A DNA stretch of 32,799 nucleotides, taken from positions 1 through 32,799 of the forward strand of contig PDRH01000026.1 of assembly GCA_002748015.1 (NCBI GenBank), given 5' to 3'. This stretch comes from Bacteroidota bacterium (GTDB lineage Bacteria > Bacteroidota > Bacteroidia > Bacteroidales > CAJPTX01). Position numbers and translations under genes: made by a program. Position 1 is the first letter of the stretch, and the number at the start of each line of letters is the position of its first letter. The notes beneath the pieces were generated by a model that was not told the origin of the DNA, ran no database searches, and saw nothing but the letters and a program-made list of their open reading frames with translations. Below, one piece after another: positions 8,899-17,612 of this stretch.

Positions 8899-9922
8899 GA
8901 GCGCAACGGGCATAGAGGCATTGCGCCAGATGGATGCCGTGGGGCATAAGATGCTCATCGTCGTGAATGCAGATGGGGGCTTCCACTCCATCCTTACGGT
9001 GGGCGACCTCCAGCGCGCCATCATCGCCAGCTACGATATTGCCCAGAGCATTGATGGGCTACTCGACCCGAAGTCTAAGGAATACGCCTACGTATGGGAG
9101 AGCGAAGAGGATATTCGTCAGCGCATGCTGGCCATTCGTGCGGAGTTCATGCCCGTGCTCGACGAGGCGGGCGCATTGCAGCGGCTCTACCTCTGGGAGG
9201 ACTTCTTCCCGAGCACCTCCCACGTGGCTGAGCGCGAGCCCCTAGATCTCCCTGTGGTCATCATGGCCGGTGGGCGAGGCGAGCGCATGAAGCCGCTTAC
9301 CAACGTAATACCCAAGCCGCTCATCCCGATAGGTGAGAAGACCATCCTCGAGACCATCCTTGATCAGTTCGCTGCCATCGGTTGCCACCGCTTCTACATC
9401 TCCGAGAACTACAAGGCAGGTTTGCTCCAGTACTATTTATCCGAGCTCGAACTCCCCTACTCCATTACGCACGTGGTGGAGGACAAGCCCATGGGGACCA
9501 TTGGCAGCGTCTCCCTAATGGCCGAGAGCATCGATACCCCCTTCTTCGTTTCCAACTGCGATATCCTCGTTGATCAGGACTACCGGGATGTATACGACTA
9601 CCACGTCTCCAACTCGAACGACATCACCGTGGTAACCTCCATGCAGGCGCAGCGCATCCCCTACGGGGTCATCGAGAGCGGCCCTGACGGCCTCCTCGAG
9701 CGCGTGATAGAGAAGCCCGAGAATATCTATATGATAAATACCGGGGTCTACCTGCTCAACGCCGAGATGATAGATTTAATCCCCCGGGACACCTTCTTCC
9801 ACATCACGGACCTTATCGCGGAGGTTATTGCCAAGGGGGGCCGCGTGGGTTGCTTCCCGGTGAGCGAGCGCTCCTGGCGGGATATTGGGACCTGGGCAGA
9901 GTACCTGAGGGTTCTGGGCTAG
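8861..9922 (+). CDS. CBS-domain nucleotidyltransferase (PtmE/LgaF-like)
   Basis: N-terminal CBS-like region (ILTVGDLQRAI), then VVIMAGGRGERMKPLTNVIPKPLIPIG, VSNCDIL, EKP, INTGVY, WRDIG. Confidence 0.88.
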   Translation: MEGRVPTELLIARSATGIEALRQMDAVGHKMLIVVNADGGFHSILTVGDLQRAIIASYDIAQSIDGLLDPKSKEYAYVWESEEDIRQRMLAIRAEFMPVLDEAGALQRLYLWEDFFPSTSHVAEREPLDLPVVIMAGGRGERMKPLTNVIPKPLIPIGEKTILETILDQFAAIGCHRFYISENYKAGLLQYYLSELELPYSITHVVEDKPMGTIGSVSLMAESIDTPFFVSNCDILVDQDYRDVYDYHVSNSNDITVVTSMQAQRIPYGVIESGPDGLLERVIEKPENIYMINTGVYLLNAEMIDLIPRDTFFHITDLIAEVIAKGGRVGCFPVSERSWRDIGTWAEYLRVLG

Positions 9923-9944
9923 TCTGAATGGCCTTTGCCTTGGG

Positions 9945-9982
9945 CTCCCCTCCGAATTTGTCTGGGGAAATTCGGAGGGGAG
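9945..9982. repeat. Perfect 15-bp inverted repeat (terminator or REP-like palindrome)
   Basis: CTCCCCTCCGAATTT (9945-9959) and AAATTCGGAGGGGAG (9968-9982), with an 8-nt loop. Confidence 0.8.
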
Positions 9983-10075
9983 GTTTGGGCGGGGCGGGGA
10001 CGTTAGCTAGTTAACCCCCTCGTTATTAGGTACGATACCCATTTCTTGGGCTATTTTACTCGTGGAGGCCCCTAG

Positions 10076-10098
10076 TAGCCCGGGTGGGCTAGTTTTTT
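10076..10098 (+). terminator. Small Rho-independent terminator-like hairpin
   Basis: TAGCCC-GGGT-GGGCTA followed by G and T6. Confidence 0.5.
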
Positions 10099-10127
10099 GC
10101 CGGAGTATCCGCATGGTGTATTTTGCC

Positions 10128-10135
10128 TACCTTCG
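10128..10135 (+). promoter_or_regulatory. Variant -7 box (TACCTTCG)
   Basis: One mismatch to TAnnTTTG. The context TTTTGCCTACCTTCGCGGG resembles that at 18882. Confidence 0.45.
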
Positions 10136-10177
10136 CGGGTGGGCGGGGTGTGCTGTGCGGATGGGTAATGCTTATAT

Positions 10178-11149
10178 GTGAAGCGCATGAGGGTATTAGT
10201 TACAGGCGGTGCGGGCTTTATCGGCTCGAATCTCTGCGAGTATTTTCTGGGGCAAGGGTATGAGGTGGTGTGCTTGGATAACTTCTCAACGGGGTATCAG
10301 CGGAATATTGAACCGTATGTAGGCGATGCATCCTTTCGGCTTGTGGAGGGGGATATATGCGATTTGGAGGCGTGCGTTGAGGCATCTAAGGGTTGTGACT
10401 ACGCCTTTCATCATGCGGCCCTGGTCTCTGTTCCGGAGAGCGTTAGCGATCCGATCGCCACGAATGTAAGCAACGTGGCGGGCTTTGTGAATGTGCTGGA
10501 GGCAGCCCGTCGGAATGGCCTCAAGCGGGTGATCTATGCTTCCTCTTCGGCTGTGTACGGGGATAGCGAGGTGCTGCCGGCGGCCGAGGGCGCTGAGGGG
10601 GCTTGCCTTTCCCCCTATGCGCTGACCAAGCGGATGAATGAGGAGTGGGCGGATTTATACTATCGGCTCTACGGTCTGGAGAGCATAGGGTTGCGCTACT
10701 TCAACGTGTACGGGCGCCGACAGGACCCGAATGGGGCGTATGCGGCGGTAATCCCCATTTTCGTGCGGCGGATGATGGCAGGGCAGCCACCGCAGATCAA
10801 TGGGGACGGGAGCTATACGCGCGATTTTACGTATGTGGATGATGTTGTGCAGGCCAATGTGCGGGCCATGGAGGCTGGTGTAGAGGCTGTGAATGCGGTG
10901 TACAATGTGGCCTATGGGGAGGAGTCGAGCCTCAATGCGCTGGTAGCTGAACTACGGGCAATCCTGAGTGGCTATGATGCGGCTCTCAGTGGCATAGAGG
11001 CCGAGTATGGCCCATTGCGAGAGGGGGACATTGCGCACTCTGTAGCATCGATTGGCTTGCTGCGGGAGCGTTTGGGGTATAGGCCGGAATATCCCCTTTC
11101 GAGGGGCCTTCGGGAGGCTTGCCGGTGGTATTGGGAGAATTTGAAGTAA
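10178..11149 (+). CDS. NAD-dependent UDP-GlcNAc(A) 4-epimerase, WbpP/TviC-like SDR
   Basis: Motifs [72 protein letters not shown]. The start may be ATG 10187. Confidence 0.88.
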   Translation: MKRMRVLVTGGAGFIGSNLCEYFLGQGYEVVCLDNFSTGYQRNIEPYVGDASFRLVEGDICDLEACVEASKGCDYAFHHAALVSVPESVSDPIATNVSNVAGFVNVLEAARRNGLKRVIYASSSAVYGDSEVLPAAEGAEGACLSPYALTKRMNEEWADLYYRLYGLESIGLRYFNVYGRRQDPNGAYAAVIPIFVRRMMAGQPPQINGDGSYTRDFTYVDDVVQANVRAMEAGVEAVNAVYNVAYGEESSLNALVAELRAILSGYDAALSGIEAEYGPLREGDIAHSVASIGLLRERLGYRPEYPLSRGLREACRWYWENLK

Positions 11150-11163
11150 GGGATAGTAATAAG

Positions 11164-12048
11164 ATGAAGGGCATAGTACTAGCTGGGGGGAGCGGCACGC
11201 GTCTCTACCCGATAACGAAGGGGGTGAGCAAGCAGCTGCTACCCATATACGATAAGCCGATGGTGTACTACCCCATCTCGGTGCTCATGCTGGCGGGGAT
11301 ACGGGAGATACTCTTGATTTCTACCCCGGAGGATCTGCCGGGTTTCCGGCGTTTGCTGGGCGATGGTTCGGACTATGGGGTGCAGCTATCGTATGCTGAG
11401 CAACCCTCGCCGGATGGCCTGGCGCAGGCGTTCATCATTGGCGAGGGGTTCGTGGGGGATGATGATGTGTGCCTGGTACTGGGAGACAATATTTTCTACG
11501 GGAGCTACTTCACCTCTAAGCTTGCGCAGGCGGTGCGGGATGCGAAGGAGGAGCGGAAAGCTACGGTGTTCGGCTACTGGGTGCACGACCCGGAGCGGTA
11601 TGGCGTGGCGGAGCTGGATGCCACGGGGAACTGCCTCTCGCTGGAGGAGAAACCGGAGCATCCGAAATCGAACTACGCGGTGGTAGGGTTGTACTTCTAC
11701 CCGAGCAGCGTGGTGGAGGTTGCCAAGGGGGTAAAGCCCTCTGCGCGGGGGGAGCTGGAGATTACCTCGGTGAATCAGGTGTACCTTCGGGAGGGCAATC
11801 TGAAGGTTCAGACCTTGGGGCGTGGGTTTGCGTGGCTGGATACGGGTACGCACGATTCGCTGAGCGAGGCTAGCACCTTCATAGAGGTTATAGAGAAGCG
11901 CCAGGGGTTGAAGGTAGCATGCCTGGAGGCGATTGCGTATCGTAAGGGCTGGATAGGTCGGGAGAAGCTTCGGGCACTGGCCGAACCCTTGGCCAAGAAT
12001 CAGTATGGGCAGTATCTGCTCCGAATAGTAAACGAGGGGGAACAGTAG
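11164..12048 (+). CDS. rfbA: Glucose-1-phosphate thymidylyltransferase
   Basis: Motifs [63 protein letters not shown]. Confidence 0.97.
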   Translation: MKGIVLAGGSGTRLYPITKGVSKQLLPIYDKPMVYYPISVLMLAGIREILLISTPEDLPGFRRLLGDGSDYGVQLSYAEQPSPDGLAQAFIIGEGFVGDDDVCLVLGDNIFYGSYFTSKLAQAVRDAKEERKATVFGYWVHDPERYGVAELDATGNCLSLEEKPEHPKSNYAVVGLYFYPSSVVEVAKGVKPSARGELEITSVNQVYLREGNLKVQTLGRGFAWLDTGTHDSLSEASTFIEVIEKRQGLKVACLEAIAYRKGWIGREKLRALAEPLAKNQYGQYLLRIVNEGEQ

Positions 12049-12050
12049 AG

Positions 12051-13127
12051 ATGAAGAGCTGGAAACGTAGCATAGTAGTAACGGGGGGGGCTGGTTTTAT
12101 TGGTTCGCACGTTGTGCGCCTGTTCGTGTCAAAGTACCCGGAGTACCGGGTGATTTGCCTGGATAAGCTGACGTATGCGGGCAACCTAGAGAATTTGCGG
12201 GATGTGGAGGATGCGCCGAACTATGCCTTTGAGCGGGTGGATATTTGCGATTTTGCAGAGGTGCAGCGGGTGTTCCGTGATTATGCCATAGATGGGGTTA
12301 TCCATCTGGCGGCTGAGAGCCATGTGGACAGGAGTATCCGCGACCCCTTCACCTTTGCGCAGACGAATGTGATGGGTACGCTTACGTTGCTGCAGGCGGC
12401 TCGTCTCTACTGGGAGGGGCTACCGACGGGGTACGAGGGGAAGCTGTTCTACCATATCTCTACGGATGAGGTGTACGGTGCGCTGGAGATGGAGGGTGGC
12501 TATTTCGTGGAGACGACGAGCTACGATCCGCATTCGCCCTACTCTGCCTCAAAGGCGAGCTCTGACCACTTCGTGCGTTCGTTCCACGATACGTACGGTA
12601 TGCCTACGCTGGTGACGAACTGCTCGAATAACTATGGGCCCAACCAGTTCCCGGAGAAGCTGATACCGCTGTTTATCAATAATATCCGTGAGGGTAAGCC
12701 CCTGCCGGTGTACGGTAAGGGGGAGAACGTGCGGGATTGGCTGTACGTGCTGGACCATGCCCGGGCGATAGATACGATATTCCATAGGGGGAAGGTGGGG
12801 GATACGTACAACATCGGCGGGTTCAACGAGTGGCGGAATATAGATTTGATTCGGGTGATAATTGAGACGGTGGATAGGTTGCTGGGGCATGAGGCTGGTC
12901 ATTCGCTGGGCTTGATTAGCTATGTACAGGATAGGGCTGGGCATGATTTGCGCTACGCGATAGATTCGACGAAGCTGAAGGAGGAACTGGGGTGGGAGCC
13001 CTCGCTGCAGTTTGAGGAGGGGATAGAGAGGACCGTCCGCTGGTATCTGGACAACGGGGAGTGGGTGGAGCGGATAACCTCTGGGGAGTATGCGCGCTAC
13101 TACGAGGAGATGTACGGTGGACGTTAG
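12051..13127 (+). CDS. rfbB: dTDP-glucose 4,6-dehydratase
   Basis: Motifs [72 protein letters not shown]. Confidence 0.97.
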   Translation: MKSWKRSIVVTGGAGFIGSHVVRLFVSKYPEYRVICLDKLTYAGNLENLRDVEDAPNYAFERVDICDFAEVQRVFRDYAIDGVIHLAAESHVDRSIRDPFTFAQTNVMGTLTLLQAARLYWEGLPTGYEGKLFYHISTDEVYGALEMEGGYFVETTSYDPHSPYSASKASSDHFVRSFHDTYGMPTLVTNCSNNYGPNQFPEKLIPLFINNIREGKPLPVYGKGENVRDWLYVLDHARAIDTIFHRGKVGDTYNIGGFNEWRNIDLIRVIIETVDRLLGHEAGHSLGLISYVQDRAGHDLRYAIDSTKLKEELGWEPSLQFEEGIERTVRWYLDNGEWVERITSGEYARYYEEMYGGR

Positions 13128-13140
13128 GCGGCTAGGCATG

Positions 13141-13148
13141 TAGTTTTG
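13141..13148 (+). promoter_or_regulatory. -7 box (TAGTTTTG) upstream of wzx
   Basis: TAnnTTTG followed by CG, in the rfbB-wzx gap. Confidence 0.45.
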
Positions 13149-13168
13149 CGCTAGAGGAGGGTATAGTT

Positions 13169-14614
13169 TTGAGCGATACGCTAAAGGATAGGACTGCGAA
13201 GGGTATGGGCTGGAGCCTGCTGGATAACCTGGCGGGTGCTGGCATTACCTTCCTTGTGGGGCTTGTACTTGCGCGGTTACTTTCGCCGAGCGAGTACGGG
13301 ATACTGGCCATCGTGATGATATTCATCGCGGTGTCGAACTCCATAGTGGATAGCGGCTTTTCGAGCGCGCTGGTGCGGAAGGTGAAGGTGAGCCCGTTGG
13401 ACTACAATACGGTTTTCTACTTCAATCTGGTGGTTAGCGCGGTGCTCTACGTTGGTCTGTACTTCCTGTCGCCCTTCATTGCGGATTTCTTCGGGCAGGC
13501 GATACTGGTGCCGGTGACGCGGGTGATCGGGGTTGTGCTGGTTATCAACGGCCTGGCCATCATCCCCCGGACGATTTTCGTTCGCAGCGTGAACTTCAAG
13601 TCGCAGATGTTGGCTTCGCTCATTGCCTCTGTGGCCAGCGGGGTTGTGGGTATCGGTATGGCGCTGATGGACTACGGGGTGTGGAGTTTGGTGGGGCAAC
13701 TTATCACTCGTCAGCTGCTGCTGACGGTATGCTTGTGGTGGCTATCCAGGTGGACACCGGCATTGGAGTACTCGTGGGAGAGCTTTCGGGAGCTATTCAG
13801 CTTTGGGTCTAAGCTACTGGTTGCGGGTTTGATAGATACTGTGTATCGGCATGTTGTAGAGTTTGTCATAGGGAAGTTCTACACGACGGGGGAGCTGGGG
13901 CAGTATACGCGGGCAGACCAGTTTGGCAATCTGGTGGCGGGCAACATGACTAGCGTTATTCAGCGCGTGAGCTATCCGGTGCTGAGCTCGATACAGGAGG
14001 AGCCGGAGCGGCTGCTGGAGGGCTTTCGCCGGGTGATAAAGTCGTCGATGCTGCTGTCCTTTGCGGCGATGTTCGGCATGGCGGCGTGCGCTAGGCCGAT
14101 GGTGCTGCTGCTCATAGGGGAGAAGTGGTTGCCGTCGGTTTACTACCTTCAGATTCTGTGCCTTTCGGCCTCTCTCTATCCGTTGCATGCGATAAACCTG
14201 AATATTCTGCAGGTGAAGGGGCGGTCGGACTTATTCCTCCGCCTGGAGGTGTACAAGAAGCTGCTGGGGGTGGGGCCTATTCTGCTGGGGATATTCTGGG
14301 GTATTGTGCCGATGCTGTGGGGGGGAGTTGTGACATCGGTGCTGGCCTTCTTCTTGAATAGCTACTACTCCGATGCCCTGCTTTCCTACCCGTCGTTGAT
14401 GCAGGTGAGGGATGTGGCGCCGACTTTCTGCGTCTCGCTGGTGGTGGCGGGGTGCATGTGGTGCGTTACGTTGGTGCCGATGGCTGTGTATTTCCAGCTA
14501 GCCGGGCAGGTGCTGCTGGGGGGTGGGCTGGCTTTGCTGCTCTACGAGTACTTCCGGCCGGCGGAGTACCTGGAGCTGAAGGAGATAGGTTTGAAACTAA
14601 TACTGAGGAGGTAG
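13169..14614 (+). CDS. wzx: Wzx flippase (WzxC-like polysaccharide transporter)
   Basis: 481 aa, multi-TM, with motifs LARLLSPSEYG, DSGFSSALV, YTRADQF, ILQVKGRSDLFLRLE. TTG start with GGAGG 8 nt upstream. Confidence 0.9.
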   Translation: MSDTLKDRTAKGMGWSLLDNLAGAGITFLVGLVLARLLSPSEYGILAIVMIFIAVSNSIVDSGFSSALVRKVKVSPLDYNTVFYFNLVVSAVLYVGLYFLSPFIADFFGQAILVPVTRVIGVVLVINGLAIIPRTIFVRSVNFKSQMLASLIASVASGVVGIGMALMDYGVWSLVGQLITRQLLLTVCLWWLSRWTPALEYSWESFRELFSFGSKLLVAGLIDTVYRHVVEFVIGKFYTTGELGQYTRADQFGNLVAGNMTSVIQRVSYPVLSSIQEEPERLLEGFRRVIKSSMLLSFAAMFGMAACARPMVLLLIGEKWLPSVYYLQILCLSASLYPLHAINLNILQVKGRSDLFLRLEVYKKLLGVGPILLGIFWGIVPMLWGGVVTSVLAFFLNSYYSDALLSYPSLMQVRDVAPTFCVSLVVAGCMWCVTLVPMAVYFQLAGQVLLGGGLALLLYEYFRPAEYLELKEIGLKLILRR

Positions 14615-14617
14615 ACC

Positions 14618-15730
14618 GTGGAAAAGAAACCGATAAATGTAACCTCGCCGCTCCTTCCGGATCTGGAGGAGTTCATCCCCTACCTTCGGGAGATTTGGGA
14701 TAGCGCTTGGTTGACGAATAATGGGAACTACCACCAGGAACTGGAGGAGGCGTTGGCCGATTACCTGAAGGTGCCGTACATAAGCCTCTTTGCCAATGGG
14801 ACGTTGCCGCTTATGTGTGCGCTGCAGGCGCTGCGGGTAACGGGCGAGGTGATTACTACGCCCTATAGCTTTGTAGCGACAACGCATTCCCTGTGGTGGA
14901 ATGGGGTGCGTCCGGTCTTTGTGGATATAGACCCGGTAACGTGCAATCTGGATCCGGGGCGTATCGAGGCGGCCATTACCCCTCGAACGACTGCGATCAT
15001 GCCCGTGCATTGCTATGGACAGCCGTGCGATACAGTGGGCATACAGGAGGTGGCGGATAAGTATGGACTGCGGGTTATCTACGATGCGGCGCATGCCTTT
15101 GGGGTTGAGGTGGATGGCGGTGGTATCTGCTGCGCGGGGGACATGAGCACGCTGAGCTTCCATGCGACGAAGGTGTACAATACCATAGAGGGGGGGGCGC
15201 TGGTGTGCCATGATGCGAAGACGAAGGAGCGTATAGACCGGCTGAAGAACTTCGGTTTTGCGGGTGAGGTGGAGGTGATAGCCCCTGGTATAAACGGCAA
15301 GATGGATGAAGTGCGGGCAGCGTATGGGCTGCTCAACCTGCGGCAGGTGGAGGGGGCAATTGCCCGTCGCCGGGCGGTGGTGGAGCGGTATAGGGAGGCG
15401 CTGTGCGGGGTGGCGGGCATTTCGTTCTTTGAGGATCGGGATGGGGTTCGCCAGAACTACGCCTACTTCCCGATCTTCGTGGATGAGGGGGTGTTCGGGA
15501 TGAGCCGTGATGCGCTCTACGAGCGGATGAAAGGGGCGGGGGTCATGGGGCGCCGGTATTTCTACCCGCTGATTAGCGATTTCTCGACGTACCGGGGCTT
15601 GCCGTCTGCCCGTGCGGAGAATCTGCCGGTGGCTCGGCGGAAGGCTAGTGAAGTAATTTGCCTACCTTTGCATGCGGATATGGGTGAGGGGGATGTGGAG
15701 CGGGTGCTGGGGAGTATTGTGGATGTTTAA
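14618..15730 (+). CDS. vioA: dTDP-4-amino-4,6-dideoxyglucose transaminase, VioA-like
   Basis: Motifs INVTSPLLP, WLTNNG, NGTLPL, TTPYSFVAT, YDAAHAFG, SFHATKVYNTIEGG, GINGKM, RRYFYP. Follows rfbA/rfbB, with no rmlC/rmlD in the window. Confidence 0.82.
   Translation: MEKKPINVTSPLLPDLEEFIPYLREIWDSAWLTNNGNYHQELEEALADYLKVPYISLFANGTLPLMCALQALRVTGEVITTPYSFVATTHSLWWNGVRPVFVDIDPVTCNLDPGRIEAAITPRTTAIMPVHCYGQPCDTVGIQEVADKYGLRVIYDAAHAFGVEVDGGGICCAGDMSTLSFHATKVYNTIEGGALVCHDAKTKERIDRLKNFGFAGEVEVIAPGINGKMDEVRAAYGLLNLRQVEGAIARRRAVVERYREALCGVAGISFFEDRDGVRQNYAYFPIFVDEGVFGMSRDALYERMKGAGVMGRRYFYPLISDFSTYRGLPSARAENLPVARRKASEVICLPLHADMGEGDVERVLGSIVDV
15663..15670 (+). promoter_or_regulatory. Candidate -7 box embedded in the 3' end of vioA
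   Basis: TTTGCC-TACCTTTG-C, identical to the intergenic boxes, 63 nt before the ATPase ATG. Confidence 0.4.
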
Positions 15731-15733
15731 GCT

Positions 15734-17035
15734 ATGATAGAGGCATTTGTACTGCGCAATGTGCTATCTTTTCGTGATGAGGTAGTTCTGAGCTTTATCG
15801 CCGATGAGGGGGTGGGAGGTGGTGCCTCATCGTATTGTGTGGAGGCTGCGCATGGGATACGCCTTTTGCGCTTGGCTCTGCTCTTCGGTGGGAATGCTTC
15901 GGGGAAGACGAATGTGCTGGTGGCGCTCCATTTCCTACTTCAATTTATGGCTTCTTCCTCAGAAGGAGAGTCTAATAATCTGAGCAAGGGAATCGCCCTG
16001 GAGCCCTTTATCCTCGATGAGGTCTCCCGCGAGCAGGAGTCGAGACTTGAGCTCTATTTCCATCCTCGCAATTCGACGGGGGGGTATAGTCGTTACCGCT
16101 ATGAGCTTATATTCATCAAGGAGGGGGTACTGAGTGAGCGTTTGTGGGTCTATCGTACGAGTAGACCAAGCCTTTTGTATGATAGGGGAAATGGGGAGAT
16201 TCGCTTTGGCTCTGCTTTAGGGGCAATCCCTCGCGCTGTAAGGGATGAGCTGAAGGTGAAGACGCTTCGTAATATGTCCGTCTTGGCAGCCTATGCCCAG
16301 GTGAATTTTGCCAATCCAGATTTGGAGCGCGTAGTTGGCTGGGCGGTATCATATTTAGCCTCTAGCAATCCTCATCCACAGAGTATCCGCGATATGGCGC
16401 AGTACTTGTGGGATAATAAGGATCTTATTCCCCGGCTTGTTGAGCGCATGCGTTTTGCTGATTTCAATATTTCTGATATTCGTCCGGAGGTGCAAGAGGT
16501 TGACATTGAGGTGCCATTGCCCTTTGACGATATCCTGAATAAGGAGTCTGAGGGGCGTGGAAGCGGGGCTCCCCCTGTCCGTACCATTCGTAAGAGGATG
16601 GTGCGTTTGCTGTTTGAGCATGAGGTGCAGGTGGATGGGGAGCTTCGAAAGCGTTGGTTGAATGCTCATATGGAGTCGGCTGGTACGTTGGGCTTGCTGA
16701 ACCTGTTTCTAAAGGTCGCTTTTGCATTTGAGGTGCATGGCTGTATTCTGGCGGATGAGATTGAGCAGTCGCTGCATCCAACCCTGCTCGAGGATTTTCT
16801 GGATCATTTCCTCTATGCAGAGAGCGATTCGCAGCTCATTGCATCGACGCATTTGGACTCCTTGCTACACTATGTAGATGCGATTATTCGGCGGGATAGC
16901 ATTTGGTTTACTGAGAAGGATGAGGAGGGAGTCTCGGATTTGTACTCGCTGATGGTAATTAAGGGTCTGGCTAATATAAGCGATTTTCGCAAGGCGTATC
17001 GGGATGGTCTTTTGGGAGGTGTTGCCTATGTCTAG
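15734..17035 (+). CDS. ABC-type/AAA_21 ATPase (RloA-like, putative abortive-infection ATPase)
   Basis: Walker A GGNASGKT, signature ESAGT, Walker B/D-loop LADEIEQSLHP, H-loop LIASTH, and C-terminal IRRDSIWFTEKD...LYSL...KAYRDGLLGG. Confidence 0.88.
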   Translation: MIEAFVLRNVLSFRDEVVLSFIADEGVGGGASSYCVEAAHGIRLLRLALLFGGNASGKTNVLVALHFLLQFMASSSEGESNNLSKGIALEPFILDEVSREQESRLELYFHPRNSTGGYSRYRYELIFIKEGVLSERLWVYRTSRPSLLYDRGNGEIRFGSALGAIPRAVRDELKVKTLRNMSVLAAYAQVNFANPDLERVVGWAVSYLASSNPHPQSIRDMAQYLWDNKDLIPRLVERMRFADFNISDIRPEVQEVDIEVPLPFDDILNKESEGRGSGAPPVRTIRKRMVRLLFEHEVQVDGELRKRWLNAHMESAGTLGLLNLFLKVAFAFEVHGCILADEIEQSLHPTLLEDFLDHFLYAESDSQLIASTHLDSLLHYVDAIIRRDSIWFTEKDEEGVSDLYSLMVIKGLANISDFRKAYRDGLLGGVAYV

Positions 17036-17612
17036 CTTGCGAAGAAAATCTAAGCGGGAGCGGGAGCGTGGAGAGCCAGTCCCTGTGCTGATAGTGGAAG
17101 GTGAGTGTGAGCGTAGCTATTTCAATCTGCTGCGTAGTAAGAGATTCCCGTTTAGGGTGAGGCTACCGAAGCCCTCAAGCTCTATGGCTAAGCTACGGAG
17201 CATCATAGATGCAGAGCTTTTGGTGGCTTCACGAGTCGTTGTGGTGTATGATATGGATGTTCAGCAGGATAAAAGCGTTGCTGCGAATTGGCAGGAGCTA
17301 CGCGATAGCTATGAGGGGCAGGGGGTAGAGTTCGTTTTGAGCAATCCTTGCTTTGAGTACTGGTTTCTCTTGCACTTCATTGAGGAGTACGGTGTGATGT
17401 CCAGCCACCAGCTTTTGCAGAAGTTGAAGAGATATGCTCCAAATTATGCCAAGAGCTCCACTGGTATAAGGGCGATTTCGCAAGCGATTGATGGGATGCG
17501 TGAAGAGGCGATAAAGCGAGCGGATAGGTCGTGTTCTCGGTATGAAGAGTTTGAGGGTGGTTCTTTCACTCAGGTGGGCGGTTTCCTACGTAAAATGGAG
17601 GAGAAGGTATGA
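17028..17612 (+). CDS. rloB: RloB-like protein (TOPRIM-like acidic motifs)
   Basis: Motifs LIVEGECERSYF, VVYDMD and LSNPCFEYWFLLHF. Overlaps the ATPase stop, with GGAGG 8 nt upstream. Confidence 0.85.
   Translation: MSSLRRKSKRERERGEPVPVLIVEGECERSYFNLLRSKRFPFRVRLPKPSSSMAKLRSIIDAELLVASRVVVVYDMDVQQDKSVAANWQELRDSYEGQGVEFVLSNPCFEYWFLLHFIEEYGVMSSHQLLQKLKRYAPNYAKSSTGIRAISQAIDGMREEAIKRADRSCSRYEEFEGGSFTQVGGFLRKMEEKV

Noticed and set aside
11164-13127. dTDP-L-rhamnose pathway
   Set aside because: rmlC and rmlD are absent from the window, and the adjacent VioA-like transaminase better explains rfbA/rfbB here.
15731-17612. ATPase-RloB pair as an IS or transposon
   Set aside because: No transposase or integrase motifs, terminal inverted repeats or target-site duplication are visible.
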